A DNA stretch of 61,742 nucleotides, filler included, from Choristocarpus tenellus KU-1152 (lineage: Eukaryota > Protista > Phaeophyceae), in assembly GCA_964200185.2 (NCBI GenBank). It is 5 parts of 5 records of this genome, joined end to end, with 100 filler letters (N's around TTAATTAATTAA, not from the genome) between each part and the next. Parts side by side here need not be neighbours in the genome. Positions count along the whole stretch, not along the records: positions 24,127 to 31,041 come from CAXNAD020007073.1; positions 31,142 to 43,398 come from CAXNAD020001909.1; 3 more parts are not named here. One strand, written 5' to 3'. The first letter of the stretch is position 1. The number at the start of each line of letters is the position of its first letter. Shown one piece after another: positions 25,555-38,100 of the stretch. Under the pieces are notes generated by a model. That model was not told where the DNA came from and did no database searches. It saw nothing but the letters and a program-made list of their open reading frames with translations. The position numbers and the translations under genes were made by a program.

Positions 25555-28500
25555 CCATGCTCTATATGTAATGGCAACGCTACATTGCAATAATGAGCTT
25601 TAGGAGTAATGACATACACGTATATGGAGTCATGAAGTCCTTTGACTGAGTTGACTTAGTACCTCTTATTCTCAATCAAAGGCTAAGATAGACTTAGCAA
25701 GAGGAGGGAAAATGTTATGCATGAGATAGTTTTACCTCCTTACCACCACTTACGAGTCTTGGGGCATAATCCACATAAGACAAACTTGATATACACCACT
25801 CTGGATTTCGATCTAAAGAAGGATTGCTTGCAACTGAGTACTTTGAAGCACAATATTCGCAATATTCCACATGGGGCTCCAGGAGTGAGGGCTCCAGGAG
25901 TAAGGGTTCAAGGCTGGAAATAAATATGGGAGAAAGTCCAGCCAATGCGATAGGCATGCCCCAGGAATGTTTGGTATTTCTTACACACAATCCAGAACAC
26001 CAAAATAGACTTTGACGATTTTTCCTCCTCGAAATGATGAGATACCTCCTTCTGCACTTGAAAATGCACTTCAGGGAGTCAGGCACAGTGTTGTTTGGAA
26101 TAGGCAGGGACACATTGTATATCATTCTCACGATAAGTTGGTAGCTTGTACCCCTTGTGGCAGAGTGATGTATAATTTCCACTTGCTGAGGTAAGCCCTA
26201 TGCAGGCTTGGGACCTCCACAGTCTTCTCATCCTTAGCAGCCAAGATCGTGCTTTCTGCAAGGCATGATGCCTTTGTCTGGATTGACAAGGTAGAAGGAA
26301 GGACATGCTGAGAGCGTACTCCAGTTCCTAATAACATTGTTTTATGCTTCACACAAGTAGAAACAGACAACGCTCAAATTCTGATAGAGGTACATGCCAT
26401 TCAAAAGTCACCTATAGTTAATGCGGTAGTGACAACATGATGTCACTACAGAGTGATGATTACCTTCTGAATAATTGTATCGTGCACCATTTTAGCAGCA
26501 GCATCCTCTGTCTTCCGTTCTTTTTCTAAAGCATGCTTCTCCCGTTCGAAGACGCCTCTCAGTTGCGATAGCTTGTTCTCTGCTTTGCTAATTATTGCTG
26601 TGGTTTTGGCAAACCCCTGGTCTGAAAATTGAGTTGGGGACACATTGGAGGGAGGAGAGGGGGGGGGCTTACATGTAGGTCAAGATCTCAATGACCCGTA
26701 TTTGAACGATGGATCATTTCCTTATTCATCCGATAGGCCCTATTATGTCTTGATATTGGACTTGCTTCCTCCCTACCATGCAGGATGGATGCAGACACAG
26801 ACAGATTTTCAACTTACTCAGCAAAGATACACTGCCACAGAAGCTTGTCCCCCTTGACGTGCAGGAAAAAATTAGTGGTTGAGCCAGATCGTCAGACAGT
26901 CAAACAGCCAAGCAAAAAAACTCCAAAGCGAATGTTTGATGGATCCTTCAATTATTTTTCTTGTAGTTTTACACCAAACAGCGCAGCTTCAAAGTAATTG
27001 TAAGGAAGTGATCGTGGCTCCAAAGTGCGTGGTTTCCGGCAGTAGCTTCATTCAAGACAGAAATTTTAGCAACTTAAATTATTCCATAACACCAAGCATA
27101 GCTCTATTTCTTTATGGTTCATCTTTCATCGGGAAGGAAAGGGTCACTAGGCTAGCAAGAGCAAATAGAACTCTATCAGACTACCTTGCCCTGTTCAATG
27201 GAGATATTCTGTGCTATGCAAAAAAGAGCACAGAATCCGGCCACTACTGGTCGGTAGAGTGATATGCAGTTCCAACAGACTGGAAACACGATTACTATGG
27301 TGTCATAATTCTGTGGTTAGGTCAGGATATGTCTTGTCCGAATTTTGCCATCAACATTGAGTTGAATTTGTGTTAGACTGAGGGTATGGGTGGAGTCGAA
27401 GATGTGCTATGTGAGAGCATTTATTTATTTATTCATTTATTTATTCTTTTTTCTGGCGCACCAACTATAATGCAAGTATGAGAGAATTACACTGATGTAG
27501 TGTTTCAAGCAGTAGAAAAGACTGGAATAGTTAGGGTTTACTTGGAGATGAAGTCAATAATCTCACAATCTCCTGTACGTTTTGGACGATTCCTTTGAAA
27601 AATTAATGCTCACCAAAGTTCTTGGGAGGTAATCCAGTTGAGCCCAATGAATCAGCTGTTGCCAGTTTGTGGCTACATTTTGGTTTCTATAGCATTTCAC
27701 TTGACTAGCAGGAGCAATCTTTCGTGGTGACTAGAGGCAAAGAGAGACCAAGGTGATCTATTCGTTGAATGAATTATAAGGATCTTCTGGTATCTCAAGT
27801 TGATGGTTTGTGGTGTTACACGTGCTCGGAACATCATTGCTCTGGTGTAGGCCCTGTGATACTCCATTTATATATTTATTCGCTCTCTGCATGAGATATT
27901 TCATGGCATGGAATGGCAGTGTTGCTTACCCTCACCTATGCTATCTTGAAGAAAAAACACACTCTAGATCTCCTTTATCGGTTCTTCCAGCGTAAATGGT
28001 GTAACTCCTATCTGGGCATGGAATTCCCTGCCTTAGTTCTCAGATATAGCTCTTCTCAATTGAGTGCGACCCTGCTGAACTGACAGCATACTTCTCCAGA
28101 ATACACACTGCTCTAGAATTGAAGAACTATTCTCAATATTCTAATGATGGGATACCTGAGTAATACGTCACACATATGCATTTGACACGTAATTTCGGTC
28201 TCAAGGTTGAAGCCCTGACCCCTGCTTCCCAAAGCAGTAAAACGTAATGAGGAAAACACCAATTAGTGATCAGAAGCTCGTCGACCTACTGAGGCTGGTT
28301 GTACATATGGAAGAACAATATTAGAATGTTAGGATATTGGAGAGGCAAGATTGCTCTTGACTCATCTCAGGGCCAAATCTCCTTGATTGATGCTGCCATT
28401 CACCTGTGAGCTCCTGCATTTGGGTGTTGTCAGGACCTGCAGACAACATCGTCCAGCGGACCTGGTCAAGTGCTACCTCAACCTTTGGACCAACAGGGTT

Positions 28501-29293
28501 CCAGGAATCGTCGAAGGGCTGTAGGTCATAGGATATGCGCACAACTGTGTTGTTTTCAATCCATTTTGCAGTTACTGATGAGACTTCCATCTTGCGCCAC
28601 ACATTGGCTGTCCCATCATAGATCTGGTCAAAGAGAGGGAAGAGGCTGCTTCAGTAACAATACTTTCATAATATGATGTAGGGAGAGAGGAGATCTAATG
28701 ACACAAAATGGCACCAGGTGATCTGAGCAGACTCGTATTTGGTGTACAGGTTGCCATCATCACTCACATCTCAGAACACTATGGATTAGGGTTCCTACAT
28801 GCATATTCCATCCCCCAATAGCAGAAAACAGATGCATCATATCTCCAGTGTTTTACATATCCCACATAACTCTCTTTCTATCCAATACCTCAATTCGTTT
28901 TCCCTCCAGGTCGCGAGCCTTCTCAATCAGTGGTTGCTGTTCCATATGCTTGCGTTTGATGTATATTTCATGGCTTTTCATGGAGCGCAGTTCCTGCCAT
29001 ATTGACAGGTCGAATATGGCGAATATGAGTCGTTCTAGTCACCTCCTGCTTGGCCCTATACCGCCTCAAAGTATATTTTCTTAATAACAACAGCCCACCA
29101 GGGTCTTATCCAATTTCTCAACAAAATTTTGAAAAAATGTCGGTGAATCTGAACCTCACTTCCAGCGCCCATGGTTCCTGTTCACCTCGATTGTGATAAT
29201 CCCCGTTGCTAACTCCTTTCTTCGGCTCACATCCTTTTTGTTCAGATTTTTCATGCTTCATTCCCACTTCAACACTTCAGAAGGTAGTTCCCT

Positions 29294-29545
29294 GACCCAA
29301 AGTATTTAAGAGGGTAGGGATTTTGCCTTGTTTGTCCATTTGGGACTTGACTTCCCACGGGTATGCCCTTTTTCGGTTTTCTGCGTGAACACAGATACCT
29401 AGAATGTATACTATTGTGAAAGGTGTGTCTGTAGCAAGGGCATTGACACTTGCTATCAAACACGATAGCCAAAATTCGACAAAATCGCAACATGGATTTA
29501 TGATCCCGAACAGACTTGGCCCTATCCTCTTAAATACTTTGACTC
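29294..29545 (+). mobile_element. MITE copy (diverged)
   Basis: gacccaaagtatttaagagggtagg ... cctatcctcttaaatactttgactc; interior homologous to the other copies. Confidence 0.8.
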
Positions 29546-30986
29546 TCTATTACTTTAAAGAATATGGGAACCACCCCCAAAACAGAATCATCACTGTATT
29601 ATTGGAACAACAGGCATCTCACTCACCCTTTTCTGTTCAGCAGTAAGATCTTTCAGTAGTGCCTTGACCTTTTTGTTTGTCACCTTTGGAGGGGAAGATG
29701 CCAATCTGCTACAGTCAAGGGTAAGACTCTGCCCTGTCTTGGTCTCTCCACTCCCGTAGCCCTCTGCTGCCCTGAACTGTTGACAGAGTATTGAGGGAAG
29801 TTTTTGTTGATTAAAGGTGGCAAAGGTCAGCACCCCTCTGCCTTGGGCAGAGTGTGCAAAACCCTGGGCTACATCTGTCTCTCCGTTGGAAGGAGCAATG
29901 TATATACATTCATGGAGAGGTGAGCTGGTACGAATAACATTACTCAGTCCCAGTTGAGAGACCTGCTTGGAACATGCATCAATACAATGCATTTGCATCC
30001 CTTTCTACATGTTAAATGTTGGTTTCACACTAGGGTGAAAACTGTTGTTTTGCATTTTCATTGAGCGTGGACACATATGGGGTGTATTTTTTGTTGATTT
30101 ATTTCCTTGAGTCAACTTAGCGTTCTGGTCAATGTGGATTTTCTTTAAAGCCTCCAACAAAGAAAAAAACATAGAAAAACAATATATGCTTAAACTTTTT
30201 TATAGAGTCTCAGTAATGGCACTTCAGGTAGTGGACATTCCACCGTGTATCATTAGCTGAAATTATGTTACCTGGCATAGGTTTTGGTAGAAACCATACT
30301 TGGGTGATGTTGTGAGTACACACTTAACATACGGCAGCAACAAACGCCGATCCTGCCAACTCTCGTCAATATGGTCAGTCAAATGGACCGGAATTCCTTC
30401 ATCTAGGACTGTAGTATGAGGTGACTCTTGAGGTGTTAAGTGGTGATATCAAAAGTAGGTAGACGATGGTCTCTTGAACAACTGTGTCTTACACATACGA
30501 GGGGTGTGATAGCTTGGGGTATTCTTGGAAGTAAATGGTAGGCCCATCCAAGCAGCACACAAGAGTTTGAGTCATCATCCTTGAAAGAACAGTCTCTTCT
30601 TCAGTCCTTACGGCAAGCTCTAGATCCTTGTGTACACAGCATAATATGCTCATCTACCATACCAGACAATGAATATGAACTTACTTGACTTTGTTCTTTG
30701 AACAATCCCCACGAGTTTTCCTCCTTTGTCATTCAATGAATATATGAGGCATCGCCATGTTTTTGGATGCATGTTTCAGATTGTCCAAAGAGGGAGCATA
30801 TATGTTGGTTGCATTCAATCATCCATAAACCTTTTACTTCGAAGAACTAGCCTTCCCAAGGTTAAATTCCAATCCACAGCCTATTTTCTCCAGGCTCCAA
30901 TAGTCTTGATATTGCGATATCAGCTTAAGGTCGAATCATTTTGATCTGTTTACATTGTGTTCCTCTTGGGTCCATGGCCACCCTCT

Positions 30987-31166
30987 GGCTCAAAATATCT
31001 GGGGGGGGGGGGGGGGGGGGGTCACCCCGGGGGGTTGGTATNNNNNNNNNNNNNNNNNNNNNNNNNNNNNNNNNNNNNNNNNNNNTTAATTAATTAANNN
31101 NNNNNNNNNNNNNNNNNNNNNNNNNNNNNNNNNNNNNNNNNCCCCCCCTCCCGGATATTTTGGGTC
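30987..31166. mobile_element. MITE termini flanking an assembly gap
   Basis: ggctcaaaatatctgggg.. | gap | ..cccggatattttgggtc. Confidence 0.55.
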
Positions 31167-31199
31167 GTCCCTGACTAAGGACGGAGAGGATGTAAAAAG

Positions 31200-33602
31200 G
31201 TTAAGCTACAATGGTACAGCAGATGTAACATCAGTGGGGGTTAACATACACGGGAGGTTGCCTTTCAGTATGAAGGCCCTGATGGATCCAGGGTCAGGGA
31301 TCACAGGCATATCTGAGAGCCTGATGAAAAAAATGCGGCAGCATTTTGGTGGAGCAGCGCTAACAAAGTCCCTCCGCCACCCCTTCCCCATAAAGATCGC
31401 CAATGGTTTGTCTGAGAGACCATAGGGAATGTGACTCGTCCCATTAATGTGGCACTCCACTCGGGCAATGGGCCTGTGGTGGTGAGAGATCTTGTCTTGG
31501 CAGTTATACCAGTCAATGATAATGTGTTAGTTATGGGCAACAAGACATTGCGAGACGTGCTTGACTTGACATGAAGCAATCCTTTGAGGAGGTGGCCCGA
31601 AGGAAGGCAGAAACTGCACATTGCAGGTCTGGAACAAGATATTACCTCAATGCGGCGCATGAGTGTTAGTGTGGAGGTTATGCAGGAGAGCATTGGGACT
31701 GCTCGTCTGGACAGAGACAATGACTCCGTCTCTACACTATTGAAGCAAGGCCCTGAGCTTATGATGGGATATTCAGAGGAGGAAAAAAAACGGGGCTTGG
31801 CCTTAGAAACCTCCTTACAAGAGGCACAACGGGCCGGGATGCCCTTGGTGGCGCCTACGACAAGTGATAGCAACCTGGACCAATGTGTTCCGACTATCTG
31901 TGGGGCGTTACCCGCCTGCCAAGGTGGAGCCTGTTCACATAGACACCACTGGTGGATTAGATGATAGGATGTAGAGCCAGTGACAGATATATTATATGTA
32001 CTGACTTATAGTGTTGATTGATTTTAAAATCATGTTCAAGATACACTTTCTATACTTAAGACAAGTAAATAAGTGATTCATAGTAAATTAGTGTGTGGAC
32101 GATTGCAAACCCCACACTATAGAAACAATAACCGTAGTCTAGGCTATAGTCTTACCCACATAGTCAGTCAGCGGAATCGAGACCATTAGCCCCTCGTAAT
32201 ATTAACTTTGCATATCTATGTCAAGCTATTCGTTGCCTTTCATCAAAGCACCAAAGCCGCGGGTCCAGTGTGGAATATTTCAACAGAGCCCATTAGGGTG
32301 GTGCTGTAGGAAGGTGCGATTCCTGTGAAGGTCAGACCCAGGGCATCCCATCCGGATCGACAGAGCTGGATGGTAGGATTTGTGGGCCTGCTGGTCATAC
32401 CGGGGATGCTGAGGTAGACCCCACAGGATGTGTGGAGCAACTCATCATTGCCTTTGCCCAAGCCTGAGGGGCGGGGCTACCGACTGGTGACGGATTTCAG
32501 CGCGGTGAACACGGTCTCACAGGTGATGGAGCTTTCACACTCCAGGGAGGAGTGTGCTATACTGATGTCTCCAGATGCCTCTGACAAGCACTGGGGGTGT
32601 TTTGTTACACAGCTCCCTCAGGTGGAGCTGAATGGAGGTGTGGTAGTGGAAAATATGAGCCATGAGTCGCTGAGATTCCTGGGTGGTTCTTTCCTGGGAT
32701 CACAGGTACGCTGGGCCACGGTGAATAAGGCGGTGTCCGCCATCTTGGGACATACCGGCGCCTGAAGTGGGTGCCCTGGCAGGTGGCCTACATATTTTGT
32801 TACCATTGCAATCTCGCACATATCTTTTACTCATCCTCGTGTATCACAGATCTGTCCAAGACCACTGCTCAATCTCTTTTGCATTGGGCCATGTTCTTGG
32901 GACAGTGCAACTACACCATCCAGCACATTGCTGGAGAACAGAACTGCTGGGAGGATTTGTTGTCCAGGTGGACTGATGTCCCTGCTGTGGCAATGTGAGC
33001 TGTAGCCGTGTCTACAGAGGTACAGGGAAAGGACACACTGCCATTAAGAGCGGTGGTACATGAGGCACAACTAGCGGCCAGCAAGGCCCTAGGTGGTGTG
33101 ACGGTGCATACAAGCGGAGGATTTACGACCTCTGCTGGCCGTGTTCATCATGATGGCATGATGCGAGTGGGTGCTGAGAAAATAGCCCCACTGTGGGTAC
33201 CTGATGAGGCAAAGGATCTGCGGACATGCCTGATGGTGTGTGCACACATTGGCGAAGCTGGCCATCGTTGTAGGGCAGTAATGGTGCAGCGCCTAAAAAG
33301 GTTATGTTTCTATGCAGACAAGAGGAGCTGAACGTGACCACAGAGATAAAGCCAACATTCCAGTACATGCAAAACCAGGGGGAATCTGAAATGTCTGGTG
33401 TTCTGGCAGTGCACAGGGTAGAAGGGTATACATACCAGGTTTGGTGGATTGGTTGGGGTTTAGTGAAGACGAGAGGACATGGGAGCCACTCTCCTCTATT
33501 TTAGAGGATGCCCCTGTCTTTCTATGTAAACAATTGAAGAAGCTGAAGTTGCATGCTCAAGTGCGCAATGCGGCTAGGCGGCAGTACAAGACTGGCATTT
33601 GA
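31200..33602 (+). mobile_element. Degenerate Ty3/gypsy (chromovirus-like) pol: protease, deleted RT, RNase H, integrase fragment, chromodomain
   Basis: Protease-like ALMDPGSGITGISE; RT start PKPEGRGYRLVTDFSAVN; RNase H DASDKHWG..HIAGEQNCWEDLLSRW; integrase Zn-finger-like VCAHIGEAGHR; chromodomain LVDWLGFSEDERTWEPLSSILEDAP. Frameshifts and stops throughout. Confidence 0.85.
31932..32285. mobile_element. Solo LTR (354 bp) nested in gypsy pol
   Basis: Begins TGTTCACAT and ends ATTTCAACA, with a perfect 5-bp TSD GAGCC (31927-31931 and 32286-32290). Removing it restores the frame PPAKVEP|IRVVL. Confidence 0.8.
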
Positions 33603-35149
33603 GTTGGATATTATATGCTATTCTTTGTCGAGCTGTCAGTTTTGCTACTATTGGTAGCATGCTTGGCTGTGGGGGTGTTGTAGACACAGCATGGAGGGGT
33701 TTCATAACATACTTGAGACGTTTGCATTATTTGATGTTTGGAGCATATATAGTCCTTTACAGGACCTATGCTCACTCCTTTTACAAATAACAGAGCTGTA
33801 AGAACCAACGTGGGGTGGAGTCCTTTCAAGCCATCATAGATCAGTTCCTGTGGTTGAACTGTCTATAGAATACAGGTATGACATGGGCATCCGATCTACG
33901 TAATTTTTTAAAGCCTTCCGAGGTGGGAGAAGCTAGGAACTTATATTGCTAGAACGAAGGGAAGGAGCAGGAGGAAGGAGATAATTTACACACTGCTCAT
34001 AAAGCCAATCCAAACCATTCCTGGACCTCAGTACGATGGTTCTAACTCATGTCATCGAATAGCACTTGAATGAGCAATACAGACATGAGGGATATTGTAT
34101 GCCAAACGTGTAAGGGAGACCAATGAGAAAGATATGGGAGTCGTCAGGGTTGGGGATGCAATAAGTCTGTCTGTAGCTGTGAAGTGAGGTACATATTGTG
34201 GAAGGCCTGGAGTAGCAGATCTCGATAGCGAGTATAAGGGATACTATGCCGGTGGGTGTGATGCCTCCATAACTCAACGATATTAAACTGGAGATTGGCA
34301 AATTGAGGGAGAGCTTCCTTTGTTTTTCACTTTTAAGGAGAGATGAGAAAGTCAGAATATGCAACAAATAGAACGGGTCACTAGTCCTGTGAGTCTGCTC
34401 TGGGCTTTGTTTTCGGCAGCTGGCGTACCTTGCGTGATCGTACCAGGAAGGAAATTTACTGGGTAGACTAGGGGGGAAAAGGGGTCAGCGAGGGTAGACG
34501 TGCAGGAGGGGATAGATTTTCAAGGGCAAGGGAAACATTTGGCCAAGACTGATGGTTGAGTAAGGAGATTTGAGGATGAAGGAAAGGGTTGGTCTGTTGA
34601 TGACATGTCACATACCATGAGGGAGGAATTTGGTGACAGAAAAAAACGCCAGGAAATCTAAAACGCAACTCAAACTAACACTAACTTACCATGCCCAAAG
34701 GGAATGATAGCAGCAATCCTTGGGCAAGGAAAGGACTGAGCAGGAGTTGGGGAGCTGGAGAAAGAAAGTGTGCAAAAGGATCGGAGCCGTCTTTGCGTGT
34801 GTACGATAAATTACTAGAACGTGGTCAAACTCAAAATGGGGGATGCTAGCAAATAGACTCAAGTATCTGCCTGACTATAGTTGTTGGGTGTGATAGGTAT
34901 ACAGAGGAGTAGGGAATTGGTGTCTCTATCTTTGGTTAGCGCAACTGAATTGGTATTGAAATTGGTTGAGTATATATGTAGAAACCCCAATATTCCACAT
35001 ATGCTACCTTGACTGGCCAACTGTCCATACAACACCTCAATTCCTTTACTGGGAAGGTGGGGCTTGGGAGGTGTGAGTAGAACATCTTAGATAAAAGAAC
35101 TTAGAGGTTTGGAGACACCAGCGATGGAAGACATAGGATGTATGTGACT

Positions 35150-38100
35150 CTGGGTGGGGAACCGTGTGAGGCTCATAACCTGTTGGAACCTGGGATTGAA
35201 TGAATCTTGCTCTTGTACGGTGACAGGTTGGTTGTGAAGGGGTGTCATAGTGCAGTGAAGCACCGGTGAATTTGTGCTGATGAACCTAGTGACATGCTTT
35301 GCACAGTCAGAGGCTATTTGGTATATTGAAGTTGGTCATTCCTTGGTATATTCAAAGGAAGAGATTCGTGCTCTCTGTAGAGTATTGCCATCTTGTGAAG
35401 AAGGGTTTTGTGGATGTTCTAACTCTGAATTTATAGCACCCAGTTGAGTATCAGGTGTAATTAGTGCAGAGTAAGCTCGGTGTCTAATTGGGGGCTAGTC
35501 CAACCAAGAAAAAAAGGGCATACAAACAATATGTGAGATACGACTGGTGCTTCTGCTATGAAGAAAAAATAATGAAACAAACTCGAATGAATATCAGGGC
35601 CTACTCATGTGGCACATACTATGCTTGTATGTTTGACAGGTGTCGACTGTTCCATACTTGCTTGCTATGAACCATGGAATCGTAACGATGATTGATGATG
35701 CTATGATGTAGTATCGGTGATGGAAGAGGTGAGCAACGATCAGTACTGATGTGCGAATCAACAGCCAGCATGAACTGGTAATACTGTATAGTATCCATAA
35801 CACAAAGATGAGTAGCCTATGTTTTAACAGAGAGTAGGCAATCAAGTCGGTATTGAAAGCGACAAGATTAGTGACATTTAGGGCTCAGGTTTGAGTTTCC
35901 AATGCTTCCTCAACTATTTCCTGATCATCCATCCGCCTACACACACATCCGATTTCTTTCATCTGTGCCAGAAGGGTGAGAAGGGGTCAGGCAGATGTTG
36001 AGAATCAGCCTTGGGCGGTGGAATAGAAAGGGAACTCTGTTGAAACCTGAATCGAATGCATCGTACATGTAAGCAAAATGCGTAGACTACGAGCAATGAG
36101 GCATCATGGTGTTGCAAAGCACCGACGAGTAATATGTGTAGTCTATGTTAGGGATAGATGTGATTGTGCTGCAAAGCACCTATGTGTTTATTCTATTGTA
36201 ACCGGGGTCATTGATCTCTCAGTCAAGAATGAGCGATGTGAATGCAGTATTCTTGGTTGCTCAATCCAGAACGATATGATGTGAATTCAGTGTTCTTTCA
36301 TGAGATACCCAACGAAAGAAGTCCATGCTCCGTGGAGAGACTTGTTGCCTTGGCTGGCAAGGGCTTCCGCTGATGGTTTTAACTCTGATTATATTACATC
36401 CAGATGTGTAGCTGGTACACTAATTGTAGTGTGAGTTTGGTGCATTGTGAGGGATCAATGGCAGTCACAAAAGAAAAAATAATCAATAATCAACGTACAA
36501 CTGTCATCTTCTGCCGATAAGAAGAAAGAGTGAAGAAAAACAAACAAGGGAACAACAAAACTTGAACCTGTGTGAGGCAACTCAAGTGACGTATACTATA
36601 CTATACTATTCGTGTGGAACACAGAGCGACTGTTCTGTACTAAGGTGCTCTGATTGTAATTGGTGTGGTTGTGATGATGAACTATTGAAAGTAACGTCCA
36701 GAACGTAACAGACCAATCAACAGTCAGTGTTGACTGGTGGAACTGTATCGTATCTACTGGTGGGGAATATGTCTTCTAGTTCAAAGGCATGTTATTGAAG
36801 TGGATGGTGGAGGGGTGTTCTTGAATGAATGTTGAATGGTGTTGAATGGTGTATGGTGTAGTGGAGAGTGGTGGAAAGCGTTGTGGAGGAAGGTGGAATG
36901 GATTTTCGGAAATTGGTCGCATTGGTTGGTGACTGGAAATTATTGGCGACAATTGGTCGCACTGGTTGGTGATTGTATACGTACGATTAGTCGTATTGAT
37001 AGTGACCGGAAATCAGTTGCAAAGATTGGTCGCACAGGTTGGTTGGTCCCTAGATATGCGGAATGTGGCCGCATTGGGGGGTGACTGGATACCAGTGGTA
37101 AAGTTAGTCGCACTGGTTGGTCACTGGATATGCAGAGTTAGCCGCTGTGGGTGTTGACTGGAGATGGAATTTGGCTGCATACTATGGTATAACAAGGATA
37201 CTGTGTGGGGAGGGAAGAAAGAAGTGGTACTATAGAGTTTGAGGAGGAGAGTGGGTGGCCTGCTGAGACAAGGCTATATAATGAATCCAGAATTCGTGAG
37301 CAAAGCATTAAGAGTATTTTGTTGTGTGAGGTTATTTTACAAATAGTATGAAATTTAGTTCAGTTGTGATGAGACATGTCCGTCATAGTTATTGTAGCTC
37401 CACTGTTACGCCTAAAAATTCATCAGATAGCAGGCAGTCAGTCAGCCCTCATCATCGAGGTTGACCAAGAATACACGCTCTCCATTGTAGTCGAGACCCC
37501 CCTCTTTGATTTCTTTTTCTGCAGTGATTGACTGCTCCACTCGATCAAGCGCGAGTCCCCCTCTGGACACACGACAATCACCAGCGCTTACACTCCGCCC
37601 AACCTTAGCCTTCGACTTACGTGAAACTTGAAGCCTGGAGGTAGAGACCGCACCACGATATCCAGTATGTCCTCCGACAGAGGGGCTCCCGCAGCCATTG
37701 TGCCGAGTTCTGCATGGACAATCGACATTGTAGTGAGCTGCGTGCGAAGGTTAAACTCCGAAAGCCTCGGACAACATATTGTTAACAGTCACCTTTATGA
37801 TAGCATCACAGGTCTCGATTGTTTTCGAGGTGATATAAGGCGACTTGATTGGCGATGAGCATATCAAATTGAAGCTGAGATCATAAGCAATCGATTGGCA
37901 CAAAGAAATCTTTCTGCAAAAAAAATGTTGATATGGTTTTCAGCGATTTTATTTTTTTTGTCAATTCGACCGAAACTTACGGCATTTCCTAACTCAACAC
38001 AAACTAATTTGCGACTGGATTACTTGCACCAATCGACAGCATTTGGTCTCAGCTTCAATTTGATATGCCGATCACCGAACAGGACACCTTACATCACCTC

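Larger units (their letters stand above)
24237..30152 (-). pseudogene. Multi-exon gene for an unknown charged/coiled-coil protein, probably decaying
   Basis: Splice-bounded, phase-compatible exons: 29776-29627, 29233-29186, 28993-28889, 28623-28404 (…KDLTAEQKR|DVSRRKELATGIITIE|ELRSMKSHEIYIKRK…GKRIE|IYDGTANVWRKMEV…), 26772-26673, 26616-26464, 25225-25105, 24457-24237. In-frame stops occur in exon-like frames at 30005-30007 (TAG), 29258-29260 (TGA) and 26688-26690 (TGA). No family recognised. Confidence 0.55.

Noticed and set aside
24237-30152. Stop-codon reassignment explaining in-frame stops
   Set aside because: Neighbouring genes end in TAA, TGA and TAG and the 513-codon gene has no internal stops; decay is simpler.
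34047-34367. Possible tyrosine-recombinase relic (HSYR)
   Set aside because: Only one short motif; other catalytic residues are not recoverable.
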